Source of the DNA: Takakia lepidozioides
Taxonomy: Eukaryota; Plantae; Bryophyta
Assembly: GCA_030704615.1 (NCBI GenBank)
Contig: CM060732.1
Span: 67,456,001-67,520,000 of the forward strand
DNA length: 64,000 nt
Reading direction: 5' to 3'
Shown here: piece after piece, positions 1-13,252 of the stretch
Position numbering within the stretch: position 1 is the stretch's first letter
Layout of the letters: every line of letters starts with the position of its first letter
Position numbers and translations under genes: made by a program
Notes under the pieces: generated by a model
Database searches by the model: none
Seen by the model: only the letters and a program-made list of their open reading frames with translations
Told to the model about the DNA's origin: nothing

Positions 1-517
1 CGCTACGATTTTAGTACCGTTGGAAAGCCCTTGATGAGTAGGGGTCCACCGCTTGGTTTCACAAAATTTGGACATACGGGTCGAGACTTATGGAAGTATA
101 AACAATTATGATCGCTAAAACAAATTGAACTAAATTACAAAATCAAGTGTTGGAAGGACACTTGAGGTTGCAGTTGGGCTTAGATAGAGGCCATGATTTT
201 GGTAACGTTGGAAAGCCTTCGATGAGTAGGGGAGCACCGACTTGGTTTCACAAAATTTAGACTTACCACCCAAGAATTATAGAAATATGAACAATTTTGG
301 TCGTTGAAAATTCAACTAAATTCCAAAATTAAATGTTGGAATGACACCGGAGGTCGCACTTGGGCCTCTACATGGGAGAAGCACTTGGATACATAGGAAA
401 TTGCACTTGGGCTTAGATGGTCCTTCACATAAGAGACGCACTTGGATAGATAGCAAATTGCTCTTGGTCTTAGATTTCAATTCTTCACACATGGGCCACC
501 GGCTCAGGCTACCCTAG
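1..517 (+). mobile_element. Probable non-autonomous Helitron-like element, 3' portion, with ~188-bp internal tandem repeat
   Basis: GTTGGAAAGCC..GATGAGTAGGGG..CACC..CTTGGTTTCACAAAATTT recurs at ~19 and ~207. Sub-repeats GCACTTGGATA.ATAG.AAATTGC lie at ~381 and ~437. The region ends in an imperfect GC hairpin (GGGCC-ACC-GGCTC, 493-505) followed by CTAG|T (514-518), the Helitron 3' signature. The 5' end is outside the window. Confidence 0.5.
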
Positions 518-680
518 TACTTATTTATAAATTGGCAAAAAAAGCCTTACCTCACTATGAAGATGGAACTTTACTCAGGCCACCACTTCAAATTAAATTA
601 AATTATTTACATCCAGGTTGGTATTATAATTGGAATACCTCTTATGAGTACTCTAATACCATGGACCGGCTGGTGTTTAA

Positions 681-1540
681 CCCCTAATGGACGAGGCGAC
701 CCGTTTCGGGTTGCATCAGGGTCGCGTCAGAAATCATCCACGATGGCAAATCCTTGGATAACCTTGGATGAAAAACTTTCTGAACGAAAGTTGTGCGCCT
801 TGATGTCATGCACCTGCCCGTCTTTACGGCACCCTAAAATAATAAAAGCCCTACTGTCAGTAATTTTTTTAGTGTGGAGGGGTGCCCAAAATTGGTCGTC
901 CCCTAGCTTTGACTTAGCGATGTGGCAGGCTGAAGGGGTGACAACAAGGCAATGACAACAAAGCAAAAGTACAAATGGAAACAAATGCAAATCTCCGCCT
1001 AAATTTTTTGTTAGAATTCTGAATTTCTTTTTGGAGGTAGTAGTTCATCATTCAAGGAATACTTTCACCGCAGCAATTGTGATTCCAAGGAAAATTCGAC
1101 CCGCAAGCCTGAATTGCATGTCATTTGAGCTTCATGGTATGTTTTGACCCCCCTGTTTTTCCATACAAAGCAACCTTATCAAGATTTTGGAATTCTGCTT
1201 TGAAATTTTGGGGCAACATGCTTTAGGTGCCACATAACTGGAATCTGGATGGGTCTTGTGAGGAAAAAATATTTTGTCGATCCAATTTCCTGGTCAAACC
1301 ATTTTTCCACTCTAAATTTGGAGTGTACCCCAAATTTTGGGCTTTGCAAATTTCTTATAATCTTCCAAACGACGCGGTGGAATGAGCTGAAATTTTCACA
1401 AAAGCTGGATGAAGTAGGTAGCCTCCCATTCATACGGTTCATCCCTGTGGATGTTAATTTCCCGTGTGATATACCCTCATCCGTGCGGGTATGTCCTGTT
1501 TTGGAGGGGGCCCACCAAAAACTGCCTCGTCCATTAGGGG
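681..1540. mobile_element. Non-autonomous TIR element with piggyBac-type ends (TTAA target-site duplication)
   Basis: Perfect 17-bp TIRs CCCCTAATGGACGAGGC (681-697) and GCCTCGTCCATTAGGGG (1524-1540), flanked by TTAA at 677-680 and 1541-1544. No recognisable transposase inside. Confidence 0.8.
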
Positions 1541-2012
1541 TTAAAAGTAATAATATTTCAATACCTGGACCCAGCTGGTATTTACAAAGGTAATACCAAC
1601 AGTGGTCCACTCCAGACCTCCAGACCACCCTATGTAGGACTCCACATAGTAGGGATGTTATAGCTACCTAGACTCCTGATCATACTGAGAGACCAAAGCA
1701 AGTGACAAGATGATATCTATTTAAGAACTGGGCTAAAAGGCCCAGAGGTCAAAATTACTCTTTTCAGTATGGTATTCTATGCCGCACAGATCTATTTTGC
1801 ACTCTTCCACTTACAAACTCATCATAATGAGTGGGACAGTAAAAAGACCCAAAAATCCCGAGACGGAACCCCCTTCGACCTACCCTGTCATCTCCAGACT
1901 CTTCCCCGCCAATGTAAGCTCTCTCTTTCTGGTCTTGAATACCTCCTCCAACCTCAGATTACAGCCATAAGGCCATGGTAGGCTACATCTATCAGCACAT
2001 CACACAGACATG

Positions 2013-5000
2013 TCAAATGTGAAAATCAATTGACTTTTCAGTACTGGCTTTCTCTGCAGCCTTGATCTTCTGCAAAGTTGCAGAGGGCTTGGGTGAACGA
2101 GGCTTTCTTGGCGACTTCTTCGGAGAAGATGGTCGGTCTTCATCCGCTGGAACAGCAACTGGGGGGGAAAGGGGAGTTAAAGCAGGAGTTTCAATCCTGG
2201 CTTTCCCTGCAGCTTTAGTCTTTTGCGGTGTGGAAGGGGACTTGGGTGAACGCTTCCTTGGTGAGGGTCTTGGAGATGTGGGTTGGTCTTCAACAGCTGG
2301 ACTGGCAAGGGAGGAAGACAAGGGAGTTGTTCCAGGGTTTTCAGTTATGGCGTTGTCCACAGCCTCACCATTTTGCAGCATTGGAGGAGACTTGGGCAAA
2401 GGCGATAGGCTTGGCGACATATCAGGAGAAGTGGCTTGGTCAGTAAGTGAGGAAGCAAGGGGAGCTATTGAGGTGGACAATGCAGGTTTTGATTCCCCAC
2501 AAACACTAGGTCCAGACATATCAATGTCCAATGGGATTGTTTCTGGTGTTTCTATTGCTGTGTCTTCCAGGTCCCCAGGTCGAGTTACGCACAGCCACTC
2601 TCTCGGTGTTGTGATGTCATCGCCACCACATTTGGGTATGTGCCACGACCCCCCCTCGGACTCCTACAATACCATCGCAGAAATTAGTATAGTGTATGTG
2701 TGTACATGTGTGCATATGTGACTTTATTTAGTACACCAGAAACCAGGGAGACCTAGGGGAAGGATAGAAAGAAACTTTATAGCAAAAACGGATCCCTGAG
2801 GACCAATGGGAAAAAGTAGAACGACAATGAAAATCCACACAAAAATCTCCAAACATCACCCAAAGACAGTGCCGCATGCAGGAAGCTGCCAAGCACTACT
2901 GGTTCTCAAAGATCAAGCCCTCACAAAAGATTGGGAGTCTCTAAATAGGCAGTCAACAGTAGAGACTGAAGAGAGAACGAAATCCCTACCTGCCAGCGTT
3001 GGCTGGCTCGTGAATTGTGACCTAGGTAAGGGTAAGTTTGACCTAGGGTGTTTCCTCACTTTGAGGGAAGATTGTGAGTTGGATGTTAAACCTCCTAAAA
3101 CTGCTTGTGAGGTCTAGCCAGGGAATATGAGACTCAACCCCAACTTACAGGAGAAAATGCAACTGCCAATGACAGTGTCAAAGATAAAGGATAAGACAAG
3201 TCTTCCTACGGGTCTTCAACGGTAGCTCCAAAATTGTTCGAAGAGTAACGTTTACCTGGATCACAATGGAATATGGAGGAGGCATGTGGAGCTGTAGCCC
3301 CTCCCTGGTCATCGTGAACCGCACCTGCCCACACTCATCAGACTGTTATCTTCTGAACCAATAGTATAACTGATATTGGTGGGCATGCTTATCCAAAAAC
3401 ATCCTGATGGCAATAAAATCACAGGAGGGGTTTAAAGGGAAGGGAATGAGACAGATAAGAAGAGTGACTAAATAGCAAGTTGTTTTACACCATCCTGCCT
3501 TTTAAAGAAGTGCAGGCACTGCTTTAAAAGAGTGGTATATATCTTATAGAATGTACTCATAGACGTTGTTTGCCATAGCCTCGCGCCCATAGACCCATTA
3601 TATCCTATAGAGAGCTACAGAGTACATTTAGTTGCTTCATGAAGTCTCATATATCTCCTTTCGTGGCCATTTCATCACTGGCTATCACACAATATACAGG
3701 AGCTGGTTGTTGGGTTCCCAATACACTATGAAATTCGGTGGAAATTGTCAGAGCAGTCACAGAAAACAGTAACTACATGATTAGAGAGATAGCCGTACAA
3801 TCTAGAGGTTGTGTCAAATCACTCCAACATGCACCTATATCCTTGATTTCACCAATTTGCAAGATAGGACACCTGGTGGCGCTCTTTCCACTTCGGAAAG
3901 AACTCAGTTCCAAGCAGCTGGAACAAGTGGTCGCGCATCTCATCGTTGGTCACAAGCAAGCACTTGTACTTAACTGCCGCGTAGAGCCAATACCTGCAGG
4001 TCACATTAGCACACCAGTTATGATCATAACCACTCATACTGCCTCCCCCTACCAGTAGAAATATGATGGACAAACAACTGAAGACTCTGATCTGGACCAC
4101 AGTCCAGTTTGAATGAATCAAGGTCTGTCTCTACCAATCTATCTTACAATACTATCCACTCATTCCCTTGCAACCATCAGAGACAGATTTACTTCTCGAA
4201 GGCCCTCTGTGAATACTGGCTATGATGCACCTTATGGGCACATAGGAAACACCCCCTCCACGACACCGCAGCCACCAGTCTTTGGCAGACACCCTGATTT
4301 GTCATTAGGTACCCACATAGACAGCCAGAATACACTAATAGAATAATCTAACATTGATTGAAGGCTGAATTTGGCATCATACTAAAGAGCTACGGTTGAA
4401 CCAAGCACCGCTCCTGTCGCTGCCCTTCAGTTGAAACAGAAGAGCCAAGAAGAAACAAATAAAACCATTACAAGTTCAGGGAGAGTAAGAGAAAGGGATG
4501 GCAGTTATGTGCACACCAGTCATCATTTGATCCAGTAGGAGTGGTGTAAATAGTATCAGCCTGGTGCCATTTGTCAAGCAGCTTCATAGCATATGGGGAA
4601 GCAGCTGGGCCCCCTTTAGTGCGTCGATGATGCAGAATAATCAGAGGCGATTTTTTGATAGGGCTTCTATGCTGAATACCATTCGCCACCGTGCTCAACT
4701 GGGATCCAAGACGTGTCAGGACATCAGACAGAAATTTTTACATTACTATTACTGTATGATTCTACTAGTGCCCAAACAAGTGACCACTTTTAGACTCACA
4801 CCAGCTCCTGCACATCATACCAAGTCTCTAAAAGTAAGCTTTACTCTCCAAGATGTACTCAATGATTATTCCTCTCTCAAAGGGAAGAACCAGATGGATA
4901 GTCTATACCTGCTGAAAGCTGAAGCTGTGATCCCCATAATTTTGGTTGTACAGCCCCACGTTAGCACCATCAACAATTGCATCATATGGCCCATGCCGGT

Positions 5001-8000
5001 CCAGCCATTCCTGCATATCCAAAAATTGTCATCCACCTACATTTCATGGAAACGCTCACAGACCTTCAATCGCTTAGAGTAACGACCCAGCTTCTGGTCC
5101 TAGCACTAAACAAGCAACTACTCACCAAAAATGATATTGACAATACTTGATAGCTAGCATTCATAGATCCCAGTAAATTTTTCTCTTCACAATGATGAAG
5201 ACACACAGAAGTCTTACTTGAAATTTTTTGAATTCATTGTTCTTTGCCTCTCGCTGGCATGCCAAAGTGGACAAGGACTCCGCAAACATCTCTGTCTCCC
5301 TGGGATCAATGTCAATTGTAACAAGCTGCTCCCCACATGAGCGGCAAATCCCCTTCTCGTCCAGCTGAGTTCTTATAACTTGCCACATGCCTTTCTGGAG
5401 CCACCCCAACCCATGCCAGCCACCCCCTGTTTTCTGCATAGCTGCCCTTACAAGCTCTTCCTCAGGCAATTGCTTCCAATTCTCTGTCCCAGCAATGGAT
5501 GCCGCCTTGCTTTTAAACCACTGCTCAATGACACGCACTGTCGACAGCGAAAGCTCCCTCACATTTGTTCGCAGCCGATGCAGCAATGAATACACCTTGT
5601 CTTCTAAGCAGGCATTGACACTAAGTTCTAGGAGGGATTGAAGCTCAGTCTCTTCAGGCCGGATGCCTGCCTCCTGCATATGCTTGTCAACCTCAAATGC
5701 TTTATCTACAATGTTGTTCTTGCAATACGTAAATAGAGCTGGACCATACGATCGAAGCCTGGGAAAACAAACATATGTTTATTACAAGCAAGAAAACACC
5801 TCAACATCCATTCAGAACCATTAAACAGACATCCATATAACTCTGACTATCGTCGTGCAACTACATTGCTCCAGAATATTGTTGACTCCAGAGGGTAAGA
5901 GAAAGAGCAGAAAATGTTGTTCCACAGTAACACACTCAAGGACAAAAAACCGTACAGTACCTGGGAGTGAGCTTTGCAGCTGCCATCTGCTTCACCATTT
6001 CAAATGCGAGGTCCCCATCACCTTTGGCCACCGCCAAACGTGCAACAGCTGTGAAAGTTGCCTCGTTGGGAGGCACTGCTTGCCCCTTCATAGTCTCGTA
6101 GATCTCAAAACCCCTTTTCATACACAACTTCTGCATCTCATCTGTCAAAATAATTGTATCACCGTTGGTGGATCCCTCGCCGCCGGCCTCTCCCACCTCC
6201 TCTGCCTTAGATTCTGTAAAGGCCTCCCCATCAATTAGTTCCTGGGAGTCGGGAGCCTGGTTTCCAAGCCTGTTGCCTGCAAACATCAGTACAATCAGAT
6301 TGACCCTGTCTGCTGGCTTGTCCATTGAGTATGTGCTCTAAATCAACTCATTGTCCTTTCCCTACACTTTCTTCATCTCCCTCCCTCACACCCACCACCA
6401 AATACAAGCTTGAGCAACTGTCTTTTGCTCTATCAAATTCTACTCCACTTTAGGAATGTTTGTCAGTGAATTGTATTTTGACACCAAAGCTAGCCTTCTT
6501 TATAGGAGCCGCATTTGGGGCATTAGTATACATCTTTATTATTATCTCCTCAGGAGGCGGGCGAAAATTACCTGGCTGGTGTTCATTCCCACTTTTAAAT
6601 GGCTTAAGTGCATTCAAGGCCCCCGATGCACATAAATACAAAAGAACATTGTAATTATACTGGTTGAACTTGATCGCCCCTTCTGCAACCACTTTGTCAT
6701 ATAGCTCGAGTGCCTGCTCAACATTTGCATGCTTGGAACACATATCAAGGGCCCTCCGGAGCTCCGACTCGGGTGGGTACTTTTTCTTCTTGAGCTTTGG
6801 TTCACGATGACCATGATTCATACTAGGTGATAGTCGTTTTCGATCCCTACCGTTTGGCATTTCCTCCTCTTGCTGTTCAACCCAGACCCTCTCAGCAACT
6901 GTTTCCTGCAGAACGACTTGAACACACCATCCTTTCACTCAGTAAGATCTATAAGGTACGAAATTGCTCGACTTCTTCCCGCCTAAGAGACAGCTGAAAG
7001 ATGTCTAAAAAATCGGTACATGTTTTGCTCACTAAATTCACTTGAAGGCTTGCTATCCAAGAGAAGCTATGCAGAAAATCATCAACATTAATAGACCATC
7101 AACTTGGAATACCTCCACTGGTGGTGCGTATCAGAGAACTGCAATCGAAGATAATCTAACATTTCTTTTTGCCCAGGGACTTTTAATATGACACTTAACA
7201 GTTCCTGTTATGACTATCACAGTGACTGTTGCCTACCAGAAGCCGTCGATATGTTGCCAGAGATGAATGTGCGGCTACCAAAATGCCGTGAGTGACTGCT
7301 GGATGACTTGGTCTTTGCACTTCTAGCACCCTGGAGTTCGGCACCAAAGTTGTTGAAAGTCCCCTTAACTCTAATCCTTACTTGTGCACCTTTCAAGAAA
7401 TCACCCTGGGTGCGTCGTTGTTCCTCCTGAGAATTGTGTGAACAAAATTCTCCCTTATTGCCCCCTCTCTGAGAACGGCTAGAGGTTTGCTCTGTGAGCT
7501 TCGCAGAACCACCTGGAAGAAAATGACCCAAGTGTCAAGGATAAAATGAATGAGACAGTAGAAATCCTTGCAGATTTTGGGATGTAAGCATTCCTCAAGA
7601 GCACTGATGTTACCAAAGTCCCATAACGCACACACACTCTCCCTCTCATCTCTCTTCCCTCTTGATCCGCCCAAAGTGGGCAGGGGGTCTATGGCCACAA
7701 TGCTATGGAAAACACCTTCTCATGAGTACATTGTCTCCCTCTCTCAACAATTCAGTGTTTTTTTTTCCCTCAACAGTTTGACGGGCAGTACAACCACATT
7801 TCTAGCAAGCTAGAGGGCTACAGGAATGCCGCTGGAATCAACCTCCTCTTTATATACATGTCGTCAGTGTGAGCTATCTGTAAGTGGATTGTTATGGGCA
7901 GAAGGGCTGTCTGGCTTGCACATCCAGGCTTGGGTCTGATATTTGCTGTGCATGAGCACAATGCCAGTTTGGTTCTCTTATATTGGCGGGTTCCCATGGC

Positions 8001-9054
8001 CAAATTTTTTTGGCCTGCATTGATGTCTTTACTTACAATATCACAGAGATATTTCAATCAATACTCCTACTCTAACTCATAGTACCACTCCTGTTAGATG
8101 AAAAGCTCAAACTTGTGATGGACATGTTTGGTTGGACTCACTTATCTTCGTGCGAACCACAAGAGTCCTAGTCTGCGTAATGGCTAAGCTTAGGACTTGC
8201 AAGTAGATTCTCCCACTATACTAGGGGCAGCGGAATATAAGGATGCCCTGCTCTTCATTTTCCTTCCTCGCTTGGGTCTCTCCCTCCCACTTTCACGTAC
8301 TGAATTTGAATAAAATGGGTTTATCAGGTTAGGCCACTTCTTTGCTGGTGCTCTCGTTAACGTCTAGGTTTTCGCACAAAATCGTCTCTAAAATTGTAAT
8401 CATTTCTGCAACCCAATGTCCAGAGTGCCATGCTTCCAAATACAAACGGGGGCATTTCACCGAAAGTATAAGGAATTGCAACAATCTCGCTTAAACCTTA
8501 CCAGCTGTGTTTGCTGGCTTGGAAGGGTTGGTTCGCTTTCCTCGCCAAGGGTTCCGTTCCTCAGATTTTTCGCAGCCGTACTCGTCAGACAAACTGGCCA
8601 AAATCTTCCCAGGAGCAGCCTTACACTTTCTGAAAGTCCAAAGCTTTCCAGCTGTGTTGATGGACTCAAAATTGTCAGACCACAACAGGGGTCCTCTTCC
8701 CCAAGTACCACCAGGCCCTGCTATCACATGCACACAAACCCCAAGTTTTTTCCTCCTACAATCAAAACCTATCCGTGAAGGCACCTTTGACCCACAAATC
8801 CAACTTGCAAAACCCAGGGATCTTGCACGGGATGGTGTACCCGACAGCCCAAACGACGTAAGACCAGAGAATGAACTAACAGCTCTGTATGTTACATTCC
8901 CAGGTAACATGAAAACCAGGCTGGGAAGCAATCCGGCAGTGGGTTTGGAGACAGGGGTCGGGGTGAAAGAGAGCAACCGAGAGAGATGAAGTGCTTGCAG
9001 TCCCAGGCCCATGCAGGTGGACGGGATGCCAGGCAGCTGCTGCACAAGGTCCAT
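2013..9054 (-). CDS. PRORP: Proteinaceous RNase P (PPR + zinc-binding + NYN metallonuclease), 10 coding exons
   Basis: GT-AG exons that join in phase: 9054-8502, 7512-7382, 6905-6572, 6276-5961, 5758-5218, 5010-4909, 4698-4517, 3993-3873, 3324-3256, 2663-2013. Hallmarks: LDMCSK, YNVLLYLC, PNEATFTAVARLA, PRLRSYGPAL, GGGWHGLGW, CRSC, DAIVDGANVG, GSNDDWYWLYAA, VTNDEMRDH, MPPPYSIVIQESEGGSWHIP, WLC. The first two exons (transit-peptide-like) are less certain than the core. Confidence 0.93.
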
Positions 9055-10149
9055 TCAATCATCGTCCGTCACAGCTCCGCCATCACCGACAGGGGAGAGT
9101 GATGGGACCGTGGAGAGGGAGAGGCAGAACGATCTGGGAACGTGCCCTCCAAATTTTCTGCTGGTTTCATATATCTATGGGCAACAGGGCATCTTCACCT
9201 TCGGCAAATTGCAGACCAAGTTCACTGGCCCAAAGGGCAATGGTCTGAGTGCTGGTCATTGCCTCTAGAGTCTGATTCCTTGGATGATTAGAGACATGTA
9301 AACGACAGTATGCCATACTGTCGATGCCCCTGATCTCCTTCTCTTTTTGTTGTTCTCTTGTTTCGCCCAAACTGGGCATAGGGTTATGGCCAGGAGGCCA
9401 AGTACATTGTGTGACAGGTGCCTCGAGCTTGATGAGAATCTGAGGGTTGAAGGTTTGTAGGTAATCCATGCTTCTCTACATACAGTCACATATGTTTGTG
9501 AATGATGATTTCTTAATTCCAGCGCCGCGTAGTAGGAACTTGTTAGAGACTAAAGAAGACAAGGACGTGTATGTGAACCCTGGGAGAAGTCTTGCACTAT
9601 ATGGCAGGGAGAGATTATATCCTTCCTTGTGAAGAACATACAAAAGCATCTATTGGGTTTTTAAATGTGGAGGATCTCAACATAGAGGGGTACTAATTTG
9701 GTTAACATCTTTGATACACTCCAACTCCAACAGATCATCAGCTTACAAAACACTTGTGGAACAAAATACAGCAAGTCAAACAGCCTTTGAGTGAGAGGCA
9801 AATGTTTAAGGTCACCTTCCTGCACTCTTGAAATCGAGCAATTTTGAGTGAAAAATCATCCTGTCCAATGTTGGGCAAACACATAATGCTTTGCCAATGT
9901 ATTGCCGAGCACCTGCTGGATGGTTTGTGAAAGAGAGACAGAGAGAGAGACAGATACACTTCATCCCTTTTCCCTGTACTCGTAGACCAAGATGAACCCT
10001 CAGAGGCGCCAGTCCCTGCAAAAGACTAACTGGCATCCCCTGGAGTCAGTCAGGAATTGTTTCATCCAACAAGGTCCAAATCTCTCCATGAATTGTCTCC
10101 TTGATGCTGGACAGCAACATCAGAAAGAGAGAGAAGAAAATTTGATAGA

Positions 10150-11725
10150 TCACCGCTGTTGAGCTGCAAAAAGAAATTCTTGCGCTATAGGATTCTTGGC
10201 ATTATTGAGGTCCTCGGGCTTCAAAACTTCAAGTAGCTCCCCAGCTGCAACGAGACAAACCAGGTCTGCCATTCGCTTGATCTGGTCAATGCTGTGAGAG
10301 ACCATGATGACCGTCAGGCCGTGTGATCTCCGAAGCCCTAGCACAGAATCTTCAATGTGGCGGGTTGAGATTGGATCTAGGGCACTTGTCGGTTCGTCAA
10401 GTAGTAGAACCTGTTGCACAGTTCTGAAACAAGGTGACTCCCTCTTCAACTTCCAGTTGGGTTTTCCTTTGATTGAGATTTTACAACATCCATACTATAT
10501 TTTACAACCTTGATAATATTCAGACTACACAATAACAAATGCCAAGAGGCTGACAACTTCTCCCTCGCTTGGCTACACTGCTTTCTCCAATCAAGCGCTA
10601 GGAGTTACACTCAAACTTTTATTCACTTTACCGTTGCCTGAATAAGGGGTGAAGACAACAAAGAGAACTGTGCAAAACCAAGTGAACCCACCTCAGGCTC
10701 ATTAGCAAGAGTGCGGGCCAGAGCCACCCGCTGTGCTTGTCCAACAGAAAGACCAATGATAGATTTTTGGGCGAATGACGGTTCCAGATCTGCCAAAGCG
10801 AGCAGACCCTCGACATCTGCATCTGTTAGCTTCTTCCCCTGGAGACTTGGCCCATATCTCACATTGTCTGCAACAGTTCCTGTGTACCCAACCACAGTTC
10901 ACCTTAATTGATTGGACTGCCCACTGAGGCCACCAGCTGTATGAGAGAGAGACGAGACTCTGGCAGAAGCCCCAGCTTATCAAGATCATATGTGTTATGA
11001 GATGAAACGTCTCAATGTTTGTGGAGATCATGAAATGGCCAGCAGTTCAGGGGGATTTCAGGTGGACATCTCCTCTCACACAAAGCCTTACCCTGAAAGA
11101 ACATCCCCCAGACACATACTGCAAAGGAGAACACTGCTATGCAACCCATTGTTAAGTAGGACAAGAGATTTCATACAATGATTCCAACCTCCAAGACCTC
11201 AGGAAGTAATTTAACAATGACATGTCTTACAACATAATAAGCTTATGGCATACCATCAAAGAGCATTGGTGTTTGGAATAACATGCCAATACGGCGCCGC
11301 ACTGCCAGCACGTTCATCTTAGTGACGTCTTCCCCATCCAGAAAGACAGTGTCCACTGGGGGCTCCCACAGTCGATTGATGGCTCGCAAAAGTGTTGACT
11401 TGCCGCTGCCACTCGGCCCTATTATCCCCACCACCTTGCCAACTGGGATCTCTACAGACACCCCTGAAAGAATGGTATTGCCTGGCTCCACAACCCGTTC
11501 CAACCGGACAATACTGACTTTGGCCGATGAGGACCGCTTCCGTGAGCCATTTCGTTCGTCAGAGATAGAAAGTAGATGCTCCGTTACTGGCTCCTCTGCA
11601 CATGCCCCCACAACTTCAGATCCACAACCTCCGCTGAAACCAAGCTGTAGGTGAGGCTTAGAGCTTAATTTCATACTGGCCAATTCTCTCCCCATCACCG
11701 GTGGTATCGAGTCTGGAGAACTCAT
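10150..11725 (-). CDS. ABCI17: ABC transporter I family nucleotide-binding subunit (STAR1/NAP3 type), 3 exons
   Basis: Exons 11725-11254, 10879-10692, 10410-10150. Walker A GPSGSGKS, 'NRLWEPP..TVFLDGED', 'GTVADNVRYGP', signature LSVGQAQRVALARTLANEPE, Walker B LLLDEPTSALDPIST, H-loop VSH. Stand-alone NBD with no membrane domain. Confidence 0.92.
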
Positions 11726-12854
11726 GGATTGATCATAACAGCTTGGTGGTCACTTCTCATAAGTTCCAGCACATTGGTCCCAGAAGGCAGTTGTGATTAC
11801 ATTTATGTTAGGCCCCAAATGTCATAAGAAGATCGAACCTTTCCATCAGCTCGACTCACGCACCTAAAAGTTTTAGACTCGTAACAACATCACTCATGTA
11901 GAACTCCGTCTGTTCGGAATGACCACTGGCAAGAGAGGTGATCGATAAGGTGATCAGCAGGTTTCCAATAATATATGACATCGATACAGTGATAAAATCA
12001 ACGCAAGTATCTCGCTCATCGTCTCCCTTTGCCTAGCATTCATCACAGACGCGACCAAGCAGTTGTTACCAGGAACAGGGAAATCTGACAGATATAAAGT
12101 AAAGGCGATGCAAAAACCCATGAAGCTTACAACACTTCTGAGAGTTGAGCAGGGGAGAAATTTCCATCTCCAGAATCCACTGATATTTCCAAAGTCATCA
12201 CGCCCTACATACAGGAGGGAACACCTCAACGCGAGGGCAGAACAACGTACCGGAGGTGGGCGCCATGGAGATGTCAGGAAAACGATCGAAATACACAGCG
12301 ATCTCAACTCAACCGCTTACCCAGCCTGCAATCTCAGTCATCTTGGAGGCTAAGCCACAGATACAACCTTCCCCACACGTAGAATCGTCCTGGATACATC
12401 GAGTACGCTCGATGTTGCCAGTCATAACGCATGGTTGGTACTACAAGTCAATGCTAGAAACCATTCAAGTAAGTAATTTGCCGAGAAGGAACGTTCAACG
12501 CAGGCAAGGGCCACAAAATACAAGGAGGCTCGGTCAAAAATTTGGCAGGTCTCTTCTGGGGAAGAGGTCATGTCTCTTGCTGGTGCGCTGTGATTGCTGC
12601 GCTGATTCTGCAATTCTGTACCTCGTCCCGCACGCATGGAGGTGTGTGATTTGCTGCAGCAGCAGGGCATCTCCGCAATGATCTGGCAGGATACTGGTGG
12701 GGATCGAAGAAGGTTTCTGGGTCAGTGACATGGCATCGCGTTCTAGGGTTTTAGTGTCGAGAGGATAACCCTAACCTAACCTATTGTTTTCTTTTTTTTT
12801 AAAGCAAAGGAAACCTGGGAGCTCAAACGTCACTGGTTCCGACCGTTCTCAATA

Positions 12855-13252
12855 CCGTTCCCTTATCAACCGTTTAGGCATTTTTGCCTAATAATTATTA
12901 AAAACCAAACGAGTCGGTTAGGCACGTTTCTCTCACATTAGGCATCTTCATGCTATGAAATATTCTGTTGCAAATTCCCTGTTTCTTCATGGATGAAATA
13001 GTCAAATTTCTCCAGATGAAAAATATATTATGGATGAATTTGCCAAATATGGATGATATAAATGGATTTATGTACGGACATGGATGATTCTGTCCTAATT
13101 TCAATGGATGAACAGAATGTATGTTTTTGCCAAACTCTGTAGCCACTCGCGCTTTTTTGTGTGCAATTAGGCCAAATTTTGAAAAATTCCCAAAACGCGT
13201 TAGGCACTTTCAATTTGAATTAATTATCGCCTAAACGGTTGATAAGGAACGG
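12855..13252. mobile_element. Tc1/mariner-type MITE (TA target site)
   Basis: TIR CCGTTCCCTTATCAACCGTTTAGGC (from 12855) matches GCCTAAACGGTTGATAAGGAACGG (to 13252) with one indel. TA on both sides (12853-12854, 13253-13254). Interior is rich in ATGGATGA motifs. Confidence 0.75.

Noticed and set aside
2062-2721. 219-aa plus-strand ORF and similar antisense ORFs over PRORP, ABCI17 and pol exons
   Set aside because: Shadow frames of genuine opposite-strand coding sequence.
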